Shown piece after piece: positions 51,641-64,000 of a DNA stretch of 64,000 nt (the first letter of the stretch is position 1; every line of letters starts with the position of its first letter). Position numbers and translations under genes: made by a program. This stretch comes from Lama guanicoe. Its lineage: Eukaryota. The notes beneath the pieces are model-generated. The model was not told the origin of the DNA, searched no databases, and saw only the letters and a list, made by a program, of their open reading frames with translations. The stretch lies in NCBI GenBank assembly GCA_013239625.1, contig MU053876.1, forward strand, positions 237,394-301,393, given 5' to 3'.

Positions 51641-52089
51641 TATTGATCTATCTCTAGATTCATGACACCTTCTGCCATTTTCACTGTAAAGTTTTATCAT
51701 CAGATATTGCATATTTTCAGTTCTACAATTTTGATTTGGGTCTTTTTCAGTGTTTCAGATTCTCTGTTAAGGTTTCTTATCTTTTTATTCAGTATATAGT
51801 AAATCTTTATACATTAAGGAAAGCAAACCTTTGTCACATGTGTCAGGAATATTTTCTCAGTGTGTGATCTCTCTATAGCACATAACATACAGAAAACTTC
51901 ATTTTCTATATTTATAGTTTTTGTATTATAAAATGTAACATGATTATAGGTTTTTAAAGAAATATATGTTCATTATGGATAGTAATCTATAAAATTATAT
52001 TTTTAAAAATCACTCATAATCCACCCTCTTCCTCTCATATCCTTTATGGTTGTTTTTAAACATTGGGTGTATGTACTTCCAGTCATTTG

Positions 52090-52171
52090 GAAGTCTGTTT
52101 AACATTATCTGCTAAAGTTGAAATTATGCACATCATATGACCCAGAAATCCCATTTCTAAATATATATATG

Positions 52172-52203
<32 letters not shown>

Positions 52204-52700
52204 CACATATATATATACACACACACAGAAATACATGCACATGGGTCACAAAGGATATGTTTATAGGGGCATTACTTGTATAAAACCAGAAATGACCTAA
52301 ATATCTATTACAGTAGAATGGATGAATGAATTATAGCACATTCATATCATGGTACTATGTGACAATGAAAATGAAGGAACTACTATTCCATGCAGGAACA
52401 TGGATGAATCTCACAAACACAAAGTTGAGTTAAACCTCAGACACAAAATAGCACATACCATATGATTCCATTTAAATTTTTAAAAAGGCAAACTAATCTA
52501 CGAAGTTTGCAGTCAAAATGGTGGTCACCTTCTAGGAGGAGAAAAGGGATAGTGATTGGGAGAGAACATAAAGAAGGCTGGCTTCTGGTAACTTCTGTTT
52601 CTTGACCTCAATAGTAATTACTGATATATGTTTACTCTATCATAATTCATCAAACTATGTACTTAGAATTTATGCATGTGGGACATAAAAATTTTAAAGA
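52090..52700 (+). mobile_element. Old L1ME-like 3' fragment with an internal (TA)n(CA)n microsatellite
   Basis: catatgacccagaaatccc...acatggatgaatctcacaaac...catatgattccattt. Confidence 0.75.
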
Positions 52701-53914
52701 AAGTAATGTTTTTGTCTTGGACAGTATAAAAAAAACTACACATAGGAAAAGAAATAACCTATGATCCATCTTCTTCACTCCCACATTTCCAGATACATAT
52801 TAAATCCTGATGTATTTCTTTTTTCTTCTATCCATCTAGATATATCATTTTATATAATGCTTTTTTAAAATTTAGCATTATGAACATGTTCAGGTTTATT
52901 AATGATCCTTCATAAAATCTACTATTAATTACCATGTAATATTTAATTGAATGATTTTTCATAAGATTAAGGTAATGAAAATCAAGAAGAGTTTCAATTT
53001 CAGTGAAAACTAAACATCCAAGAAGTAGATATTGTTAATTACAAATTATAAAAATAAAATATTTAAGTTAAATATATAACTCAAATTATGCTATATGAGT
53101 ATGACCACATTTAATGAATAAATGGTCTACAGTTTATATATGTAGGGCTACAGCCCCTAAACGGTGCTACAGGAAACAAAAAAAAAAATTGTTCACAGAA
53201 AATGAAAATAATAAAAACTGTTTAAGCTACTGGAAGAAAACAACTTCAATCTTGGTGAAGTCTAGGATAAATAACATAGCAAACATAATCCACAACTAAA
53301 AAGCAGTGAGTAGAAATAAACTAGCATATCGGCCAAAAGGACAAATATTAGACAAAGCAAATCATCACTTATGGTAGACACAGCTAGATGACCTAATGAC
53401 ACCTGTGTGCTAGACAGCCACTTCCAAATGATTAAAGTCAGCACAGATGAACTGTTATTTGTTCTCTGATGTGGTCCAATGGTATGTTTTAATGGAACAA
53501 ACACTAAACTAGGAATTAAGATACCTAAGATACATCAGCTCATATGTATTAACTAGTCATTTGATATGAAGAGCTAATTCAGTTCCATTTCTGTGGAATG
53601 AGACCACATTCTTGCAGTCCCCACTGCACCTAGCACCAGACACTGCACATAGCAGTACTAAGTAAAGTTTGTTGAATTAGCCTATCAGTGTAGTCATGAT
53701 TTATTCTGGAAGGGCAGTGGTCCATCTGGAATCATACAAGGAAAACCAAGGAACAAAAATCGATTCAGTCTTTAATGTCCCACTGTCCAGGCTGGCAATA
53801 TGTGCCAAATATACACTAAGAGAACTTAGACAAAATTTTTAGAAAAGTACCAGAACCACTGCAACTGGATAAACATTCTCCTCCTTTGTTTCCCTTTTAC
53901 TACTGTCCAATACA

Positions 53915-54795
53915 ATGGCTTCAAACTTAGATGTCTACTAGACACCTCAACGTTAACGTGTCCAAAACTAAACTCCTTATTTATCAATCACTGAAAAGTA
54001 AACTAAAATAATATTTCCCCCCACACTGTCTTCCCCATCTCTGTTAACCACAACTCCATCCATTATTTGTTCAGGACAAATAACAGGAAGTCCTTTCTTT
54101 CCCTCTTGCCTCTGTCTTCACAATACATCCTGGATGTGCTCATTCTCATCATCTCCACTGTTACCACCCTTCCAATCCACCACCATCTGTCATCTGGACT
54201 GTCAGTCACATCCTTGCACTGGCGTCCCTGGTTCTGCCCTCGCCCCTATACCATCTATTCAACACAGCGGCAAGTGATGCTCCTAAATTGTACATCAGAC
54301 CCTTATAGGCACTGCAGTGCCTATAAGACCCAGATTCTGCCCCTAGTCTCCCACCTTCCACTCTCCCCCTCACTCATCCCACTTTAACCACAGGGACTTT
54401 CTGGTGTTCCTCAATCATGCCAGCTTCACCTAGTGTTCCAGTGTCTTTCCATGTGCACCCCTTCTGTTCACACCGTTCTTTCCAGAGACACCTGCATGTC
54501 TCACTCCTTCCCCTCCCTCCAGAATTTCATCCAAATGTCACCTTCTCAGTGAGATCTACACTAACCACCTATTAAAAATTGCAGCCCCTTCTAACCCTAG
54601 CACCCTACCATTGACCTTACCAACTTTATTATTCTCCAGATCAATTATATTTACTTTTAATAACTTATAATATTTATCTCCCTCCTTCACTGAAATGTAA
54701 GGGCTATAATGATAAATAGTTTTGTCTGTTCATTTACTGTTCATGTAATGGTGACTAGCACGTGGGAAATACTCAACAAATATTTTTCAATGACT
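53915..54795 (+). mobile_element. L2 LINE 3' region
   Basis: cacctcaacgttaacgtgtccaaaactaaactcct...aaatgtcaccttctcagtgag...actcaacaaatatttttcaatga. Confidence 0.8.
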
Positions 54796-56349
54796 ATGTT
54801 CCACATAACCCTAAGGGTCCATTCAACTGCTTAAGGGAAGTTGAAAATTCTGTTTTTGCTTTGTGAAAATATATTTTTAGTTATGTAATAATAGTCTGAC
54901 ACTAAAATATATGCAAAGAGTATTACCAAATGCTGACACTGTGGAGACACAGTTAATATGGCAGATAAGCTTATTTATGGGCCTCAGAATAAAATTTCTA
55001 TTGTATCTATTTAACTGAACAATACTCTGAGAACCTGAGTAAATCATAAGAAATCATTACTATCTAGAACTACTTCTTTATGTGATTTAGGGTTTACTCT
55101 GTATTTTGCATCCCTCAAAAAAAGCCAGCCACAAAAATGAACTGGTTTACGAAAATAATACAACACCGTGTTCATGCACTGACTCTAGAAATGTAACAAG
55201 ATTAATAATTTGTAATAATATAAAAATACTACTTTTTTCTGTTTTATACATTACATACAGTTTGAAGCAAATTCTAGACCCATCTCAAAAAGAACTGCTT
55301 AGTTTTTAAATAGTTCTAAACCTACCAATTCAATGCATACCAGAGTTTTGTACACAAACCAAATTTCCCCCTTATTTATTTTTTCCCTCAGACATACAAG
55401 ATTCCTAGAAGAACGTATTTAGTCAAAATATAATTATTTGTGAGTATTTGCAAGAAGTTTACCAGTCACAGGTTCTGATTATCTGGAAAGAATCCAGTCG
55501 CAACTCAAGAATCATCAGGTAGCTCATATAAAGTGTGATATTGTACTCAGATTTTATATGAAAGGACACTATACTGTTTAAAGACTACATTTAATTTGGC
55601 ATTAATTGCTCACAAAAATGAAAGGATTTAAGTCTATTACAGCAAAATAATTAAAAGTTGAATATCTAAGAAATCTAGGAAAATAATACAAACTGGTTAA
55701 TACAGTACTGATAAATTATAATTCATATTTTGTATTAATAATATTTACTCATTTTAACAATATTTCTAAGTTCCAAGCCATATAATTTTTTGTGTATTCA
55801 AATGTAGACTTTTCACTCATACCTTCAGAAATGAGTTGCATAAATTAGTTGTTTAAAATACTAGATTTACCTGCCCTGACAAAATTCCCTAATTTAGTCC
55901 TTTAAAGATTTAGCAGTTAAAGATTTAAGTTGTAAGACTAAAATACACCACACCTTTCTCTGGGGGGGGGGGGACTAGCCATAAGAACTAGCCGTAAAAC
56001 TCAAGAATACTGATGTCCAATTATAGATAATTTTATTACAAAACTGCCATTATTCAGAAACAAGACAATCGTAAGTCATTAAGTCCTACACTACAAGTGT
56101 GGTTTAATAAATGTAACTGAGAACTGCTAAATCAATGAATAACGATCATTATATACTTTGTTCAGTTGTTTTAAAAATCATTCAGCTGTATTTGTGATTG
56201 ACAGACGTCTATTACTCATGACGCCACTGGCATGACATCAGATCCAATACGCACACGTTGGAACTTTCATTAAATACAGAATCATTTAATCAAGTGTTAT
56301 AAAACTATTAAATACACATTAAATAAACTATTAAATACACTTTTCTTGT

Positions 56350-56485
56350 GTCCAGGGGCAGAAAAGAGGTAACATGGCAGACCTGAGACTGCTGTCCTTA
56401 GAAAGACCTGCTTGCCAGGTTGGCCCTTGGCTGATGTGAAAACCTGGATTTGGGGAGTGGTCCTACCATTTCCCAGACTGGTCAT
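56350..56485 (+). mobile_element. MER21-like ERVL LTR 5' fragment
   Basis: gagactgctgtccttagaaagacctgcttgccaggttggcccttggctg. Confidence 0.5.
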
Positions 56486-59400
56486 CAAACCATCTTCCTG
56501 AAACACCACAAGCTGGTAACTCCCAGATCCATTATCACACTTGGTGGAATGGGATTTCTGTTTTGGCTTCTGGGAGTGGGGGAGACTGGAGGGAGCAAGT
56601 AAGTCAGAAAATTCTAGTTTTCCTTCAGGTCCATCCCCAGCGTACTCAGCGTTCATTGTGTTAACATCTGCAAACAGACTTGGTCATGTTTCTCAGTGGC
56701 TCTATTCACTGCCACCAGTACCACTGGCAAAATAAAAATACTATAAAGTTGAGTTTTCTATTTAAATTAATTGTTCTATTGCCTTTCTTCTGATATATAC
56801 TCTACCAGCAGAGGTTATAATCTTGTGAAAGTTTATGCAATAGTGAGGTCAGGAGTCTCAATTCTGTATCCAATCTACAAGTCAAGCCATCTTCACTCAT
56901 CACATCAAAATTAAGTGCAAAAGTATTTTTCTCTTCAAAAACAAACAAAAAAGTATATCTACTCGACGAAGACAAAGATTCTTAAGATGACACGTTTAAT
57001 ACCAACACTGCTTAACTGTCACCCCCAAAATGAGATTTCCTTGTTTCAGCTTATAATGTTCATCATACTGAAATGGCGAAGTTACTGTGACTTCAGAAAA
57101 ATTAACTGTAGAATTAGAATCATGTAATTGTAGATAAAAGTTAAATTTTAGAAGTACTAGGGGATATTACGATGAAATATGCTAAATGTTAGCTGCTATT
57201 TAAGACAAATTTTAATTGTTTAAACATAAGGTGAAGTGTACAACTCAGACTAAATCAGTGTGTAGTAAAAACCAACCGTGTATATACAGATAATGGGGAT
57301 CAGGATGCAGGTTCAAACTTCTGATGAAGAGAGAACTAGGAAGACCACAGAAACCTGGCTGAAATGGATATTCATCAGGGCACTCTTCACATCAATAGGG
57401 AGCATGTGGACGCCGTGGTCTTTATCAGTGTCCCAGCTGGTAATGGTTGAAGGTTAATGCCTTACCCCATTCTGTTCAATTTTCCATCCTAATTAGCCCT
57501 CCAAATCTATAGCTGTGAGCACCAAGTGTCTGTGCTCAAAAGAAACTAATTAATGCTAGCAAATTAGATCAAGTCCAAAGATCCGACAGTTAAACGCCCC
57601 TTGTTAATAGGAAGTGTAGCTGTCAATAACTGCTGTCCGTGCCTATAATGAGGCGTCCTTCTTTCATTGAAAGTGACTTCATTTCTCTTTGTCACTGGAA
57701 AAGCTGTTCCATTCCCTTCACAAACCTAAGTCGCTGGCAGCCTGACCCAATTCTTATGATCAGCCAGGTTGAAACGACATGGAGGGAAAAAAAAAAAAAA
57801 TCAAACAGAATAGCTTTCATACATAACCATGTTTCAGGCATTTAGCAGAAAGTCAGATCAATCATTAAAATTCCTATATCTTTATCCAAGAACTACACAA
57901 TTAGGATGCATAACACTTTCATATAAAATCCTGCAATGATTTAATAGAGCAAAGGCTATAAATAGTAAATAAACTACAAGGCAAGCGTCCTGATTCTAAA
58001 TCACGTCTTACTGTCCAGCTTAAATGTGGCTGCTCTGCTGCTATTGGAGCAACACCAATGTGTGTTCTTCCCTGATTCACATGGTGGTTAAACAGGGAGA
58101 TACTAAGGATCATTCTCTTGTTAAATAATCAATCTTAGATTCTAAGACACTGTTTTCGACCATATGGCCTAAAAAGATCAATAGGCGATTTTCTATAAAA
58201 ATTCAATTAGTCAAAGATCATTTGTTATAACGTAAGAAATGCACTAAAATTACCCAAATGGAGCTCAAATTCTACAATGCTTTCAGTCTTCAGAAGATTT
58301 TAAATATTAAAATTAAATATTGTTAAAATAAACAGGTTTTATTTTACATAATGAAAGTATTAAAATTTTAACATCTTGAGAAGATACTAGAAAAAACTTA
58401 ACAACAATGTCAACATCCTCAACAACTTAAGTTCTGATAAAGAAGCAAAAATTAAACATTTTCTTTTCTGTACCATCACAAAGTTGTTTGTACAACACAA
58501 ATAAATACTTTAAAGTTACACTCTATTTCTTTCATTTCAAAGACCACAAACAAAGTTTCACTGTCTAAGAGTAAGCAAAGGTAGTTCTGAAACCCTAACC
58601 CAATGGTTGTATATTTTCATCTGAACCATGTGAGGAAAAACTCAAGTCTATAACTGAGTGAGCTAGCTTTCTGTCATTCCACAAATCCGTATCATGGGTT
58701 ACAAAACAGCATAAATGGAACTCATGCTTATCATTTTGGACCAACAGATCAGTCATAAGTAAATACTCTTCCTGGGAGTGAAAAGTTAACTGCGTAATTC
58801 TACTATCCATTTTTAAGTTCTATCCTCCCTCACCTGAGTCACGGCACATATTTGTAAACGTTCTATGAGACAGGTCAGGGGTGGTCTCCGGGGACCTCCA
58901 GCATGACACCTGCCAATGCCAGATGTGCACTGAACTCTACCTGCAGGTGCCAATGGGGTCATTTCTCCTGACACCTGGGGTGGGGGGAAGGAAGGAGCTC
59001 TATTAAGCAACTAATTCACAATGAAAGCAGGACCACAGAATGACACTAATACATTACTGGTAATGTGTTAATCAATTTATTTATGGATGGACTTACTTTA
59101 GACCTAATTCATGGATGAATTTAAAACTAGAAAGCTCAGAACAAATCATTTAAGAAAAAGCAAAAACCATCACACAACGTCATCAGACGTTGTCTCTCCA
59201 CCAATCACGGAGGCCATTCTCTAAGGAGATAGCGTCTAAGGGACAGAAACGTTCCCAGCACCCAAATGTTACTGATGTTACTGACACAGTCCCAGAAGCA
59301 CAGCACACATGCAGCTGACACAGCCTGGTCTCCCTGTGGGACGCCTGCAGTGGGACCGCAGCCCATCACTCCCACTGAGAACTACCAGACACAGTCCCTC

Positions 59401-60210
59401 AATGAAGACCGTGGGGGAGTGAGGCAGGGATGCCAGGAAAGCAGGCCACGCCCGCCAGACTTGGCCGCTGCGCCCTTGCAGTGGCCATTCCGAGAAGCAG
59501 ATCTTTATTCAAAAACATTTTGACGGTAACACTGCCACCTGCTTTGCAAATTACCCATCATTTACGGTCCCCCTTTTCACCTACTGCTTTGTTTACATTT
59601 TTCACTATAATATTATATATCAATCAACAACCTATCTCTAGATTTACAGACTACAGGAGTATTTCACGCTAAAAAAACATTTTCCAAAGAAAACATTTTC
59701 ATTGCGTATGTGGGCGTCTAGTGCATGCCAAAATACAGAAAAAAAATTTTTTTGAAAACAGACTCATTGTAAGTACTGCTGAGATTCCATTAACAATTCA
59801 GTAATAGACAATGATACCAAAGAAAATCACCTTAGAATATAGAGCTACATGATTATGTTGACAGAGGAAAATGAGGCACATATCACATTTGATGTTTCTT
59901 CTTTCCTTATCCGAACCATCGCAATAACTTGTTTCTGCAAAATATGAATACAAGCTTTTCTCTACACGTAACTGTACATCTGGGAAAAAAATTTTTTCTT
60001 AGTAATATGGGAGAATATTTTTAAATTGTAAATGAATGGAACACTGCCTGGAAGTTCTGAAAGCTGAGATCCTGAGTGATATTGAGTAAAAGGGTGAGAA
60101 GCAATTCGTACATATTAATTCACTGACTACTCGACTGTGAGGCTAAGGATTAAATTTGGATCATATTATAAAAAATACATTTGATCTTTATATGAATATT
60201 TGAATCTTAC

Positions 60211-60300
60211 CTTGAACTTGCTCGGAGCATCTCTCCCGGGCCTTTTCTCTCATTATTTTAGGGATCAAAACGTCTTTTTCAACATGTCTGAGATGCTGCT
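60211..60300 (-). CDS. CMC1: CMC1 exon 2
   Basis: (E)QHLRHVEKDVLIPKIMREKARERCSEQVQ(E); acceptor tttttccctccAG, donor AAG|gtaaga; 90 nt, phase 1-1. Confidence 0.97.
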
Positions 60301-60432
60301 CTGGAGGGAAAAAAGAAGGTCTTTCTTTAATATAATAAAGTCTCAAGTAAATCACCAGTTTACGGGGAAAATAAGCACTCTGGTGTGCTTAAAAGGAAAG
60401 CCTATGCAAATATATTACAAAAGGGCTCTTTT

Positions 60433-60575
60433 GGGGGAGGGTGCACCTCAGTGGTAGAGCGCATGCCTAGCATGCGGGAGGTCCTGGGTTCAATCCCCGG
60501 TGCCTCTATTAAAAATAAACAAATAAATAAACAGACCTAATTACTCACCCCAAAATATATATATAAATTTTTTTA
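60433..60575 (+). mobile_element. vic-1-type SINE
   Basis: tRNA-like head; TSD-like flanks aaaagggctctttt and aaaagtgactctttt. Confidence 0.9.
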
Positions 60576-61876
60576 AAAAGTGACTCTTTTTTATAACGTT
60601 ATAAAACTGTGATTACTTTAGTCGCTGTAAATCATTCTAAATATTGTTTTATATACAACAGAAAAAAATGTGAGGGACACAGGCAACATTTTCTAAAAAT
60701 TTCTGCAAACAATATTGCAACACTTTGATTTGATTACATATTCCATGTATTCTTGTCAAAATTCAAGTCACAGACTAAAGCATTTTAACTTTTTAATGAA
60801 TATAATCCACAGAAAGGCGATTTTTATCAATACTGAGATCCAAGGATGGATGGAGACACCCAAGAGGCACACGAGCAGTTTCCCTACCTGGTAATAAGAG
60901 CAGCTTAAGACAAACAGAGCCAGCAGAAGGACAAATGGGACCCCGTGTGCATTAAAAACAAAGCACATGCGATTTCTGAGCATTTTACACCAACTACCAC
61001 AATTAGCCTAAAATGGGAGCCTGAGCTCCAGACCCCCAGCTGCTCCTGAAATTCTTAGAGTGCCCTGAGAAACAAAGGGATCAGTATCCTCTAGAGCCGA
61101 AATGATCGAGGATTCTGAAAGACAAAAGGTAGATGACGTGAGACAAGATGGAAGGAGGTAACCTTACCCCAGAGCTTCTTCCCAGGACGCCAGAAGTGGA
61201 AGCTGCCCCTGCTCTGAAGCAGCAGAAACAGGGAAGGGAGACTCCCCAGAGGAAACCAAAGCAGGATTGGCTGAAACGCCACAGTACGAGCCACTCTCCT
61301 GCTGCCCTCGGACCACGGGTAAGTCAACACAGGCATTTATCTCCAAAAGATCAGGAAGTTTTCCAGTATCTATCTTCGTGACAGTTAAGACCAGGAGCCC
61401 CTAAACTTTTCCTGGCACTCCCCACATCCTCTGATGCACCTCTGAACTGATACAGTGCTGCAGGGAGGGTACCAGGGTGTCTCAAAAACCAAACATCAAC
61501 AACAAAACAGCGAACACAGTAACTGTAATTAATCAAGAAACAAACAACTCCTAAGAGGGATAACAGAGTAAAGAAAGTACAATTTTAGAATAAGTTGTAA
61601 TAAATATACTGAGGCAAATAAAAAGACACAAGTCCTCAGACAGAAGCAAATAACAGACGACCCAAATGCACTTTGATGAAATGTATGAAGCTCCAATCTC
61701 CTAAAAGCTTCACAAGGAAAAACATTACCAGGCAGAGGAATAAGAACCAGATTTACATCCTGTTTCACTGGCAAGACTTGGATGCAAGATCGTTAACTTC
61801 AAAGTTCTGAGAGAGAATCACTGTATATCCAAGAACTCCAGAGCGACTCGAGAGTGAAATTAAAGATGCTTTCATG

Positions 61877-62025
61877 GGGGAAAGTATAGCTCAGTGGTAG
61901 AGTGCATGACTAGCATGCATGGTCCTGGGTTCAGTCCCCAGGATCTCCATTAAAAAAAAAACAAAAAAACCCCAAAAAACAAAAAACCTAACTACCTCTC
62001 CCCTAAAACAAACAAAACAAAAACA
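61877..62025 (+). mobile_element. vic-1-type SINE
   Basis: gtatagctcagtggtagagtgcatgactagcatgcatggtcctgggttcagtcccc plus an A-rich tail. Confidence 0.9.
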
Positions 62026-62094
62026 GATATTATTAGGTATGTAGGGACTGGAAAGGGTACCTCTTTCGACCCTACTGAAAAAGAAATGATCTTT

Positions 62095-62605
62095 GTTATG
62101 GTGTGACAAGCCAAGCCACCAATCATACGTGGTGATGTAAGACAAGGAACGTTCTCTTATGCACGGGGACCCGCAGTAGGAAGTCAGACAGGCAGACAGA
62201 ACCGACTCTCTCAGCTTCAGTGTCTGGGGCTCAGCAGGGAAGACTCAGACACTGACTTCAACAGCTGCAAGAGCTGGAGCTGGAGGATTTACCTCCGAGA
62301 TGACTTCCTTCTTCCCGTATGTATCTGGCACGTGGGCTGGGCAGGCTGGAGGGTGGCTCAGTGAGAAGGGCAAACTAGAGGGCTGTCCCTGGTACCGCGG
62401 TAGGTTTCATGGGAGAGGAAGCAGTCCTAGATGACCAATCGCGAGCTGACCCTGCAGTGCGGGGGGCCACGGAGCATCACTGCTGCCACCCCATCCTGAC
62501 TTCAAGTCACTAAGCTCAGCCTCTCCTTGGGGGACAGCCACGCCCTAGAAGAGCCTGCGAGATGGAAGGCAACGTTGGAACCTTCTGTGTAAAAAGTCTG
62601 CCACA
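62095..62605 (-). mobile_element. MLT1F/H-like MaLR LTR
   Basis: tgtctggggctcagcagggaagactc...ctggaggatttacctccgagatgacttc...tctgccaca. Confidence 0.55.
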
Positions 62606-62719
62606 AGAAGTAACAGGGGATACGTCGATCAAATAAAGATGAATCCCCAACGTACAAGCGTGAAATATGTAAGGCATGTTAAAAAAGACATGCATTTAAA
62701 TTTACATGTTAAAATTCTA

Positions 62720-64000
62720 AAGTACTTGAACAACATCATCAAGTAACTTGACCTAAAGACTGTTCCACTCGACAGCAGCTGATTATTTACCCGGATAAAC
62801 TACAGCCGGGGCTATGAAACTAATCTTAATAAATGTAAAAGAATTCAAATCATACACAGCATGTTTCCTGACACCTTTGTAATTAAATTAGAAATCAGTA
62901 ACAGAAAGATCTCTGATAATCTCCAAACATTTGGAAACTAAATAACACACTTTTAAATAACCCGTGGGTCTAAGAAGAAATGAAAAGGAAAATTGGAAAG
63001 TATTTTGAAATGAATGAAAATATAACCTATCAAAATTTGTGTGATGCAGCTAAAACAGTCCTGATAGAAAAACTGGTAGCACTAAAAGCCTACATTGGAA
63101 AAGGACAGTCTTAAATCAATGACTTAAGTTTCTGCCTTGAAAAACCAGAAAAAGTAAACACAAACAAACAAAAACCAGACACACACACAAAGCAAACAAA
63201 AGAAAAGAAATAATAAAGATCAAAGCATAAATCAATGAACTAGAAACCAAACCGAACAAACAAGCAAAATGACAGAAAAGCAATGAAACCAAAAATAGTT
63301 CTCTGAAAAGATTCCTGAAGTTGAGAAACCACCAGACAGGGAAAAAAAAGGTCACAAACATCAGAAATGATACATATTTTTATATAATAATAATGTATTT
63401 AATTTTTAAATGTAGGCCAGAAAATTTGAAATGGACAAATTCCTTGAAAAACAGAAATAACCAAACCCAACTCAAAAGGGCATATAACCAGTATATTCTT
63501 GTATCTATTAAAGAAATTGAATCTGTACTTAAAAGCTTTCTCACAAAAAAAATCCACACCCAGACAGCTTCACTAGTGAATGTGGCCATTTAACAAAGAA
63601 ATAATACCAATTCCATACAAACTCTTCCAGAAAACCACTCTGAGGCCAGCAGTGCCCTGATACCAAAACCAGACAAAGACATTACAAGAAAAGAAAACCA
63701 CAGTCCAATATCCCAGCACGAATAAAGATGAAAACCTTAAGAAAATATTAGCAAATTGAATCCAGCAATAGAAGGATAATACCTCATGACCAGGTGAGGT
63801 CCATCCAAGGATTGCAAGATTCACTTAATATTCAAAAGTCAAGAAATGCAATTCATCATTATTAAAAAACTAAAAAAGGAAAGACACATGGTTATTAAAA
63901 TAGACACAGAAAATACATTTCACAAAAATCCAGTATCCATTCCTAATAAAAACTCCCAGTAAAGTAGGAACAGAAGGAAACTTCCTCAACATGATAAATA
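62720..64000 (+). mobile_element. Old L1M ORF2 remnant (endonuclease to RT start), running off the window
   Basis: aattaaattagaaatcagtaacagaaag, aaatggacaaattccttgaaa, ccctgataccaaaaccagacaaagac, gaaggaaacttcctcaacatgataaa. Confidence 0.9.

Overview
This is mammalian genomic DNA, almost certainly camelid: it carries tRNA-derived vic-1-type SINEs and camelid-type L1 3' ends. It spans the tail-to-tail junction of two genes. The last three coding exons of AZI2/NAP1 (TBK1 adaptor) lie on + at 80-138, 5146-5264 and 7526-7926, the last intron being GC-AG. Exons 2-4 of CMC1 (twin CX9C cytochrome c oxidase assembly factor) lie on - at 60300-60211, 14267-14177 and 11893-11773; exon 1 is beyond the right edge. 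The ~46 kb CMC1 intron 2 is filled with L1, L2, MaLR LTR, Tigger1, MER and SINE copies, and almost all entries in the ORF track are spurious or repeat-derived. No novel multi-gene system, CRISPR array or RNA gene is evident. Most worth a second look are (i) candidate hidden exons around the AZI2 TBK1-binding exon, including a 27-nt in-frame microexon with a UGC motif and alternative terminal exons; (ii) an in-frame, hydrophobic 150-nt cassette exon that would split the first CX9C motif of CMC1; and (iii) sharp GC/CpG peaks that overwrite an ancient L2 and part of the AZI2 coding sequence, suggesting GC-biased gene conversion. All family and gene assignments are by recognition from memory, not database search.
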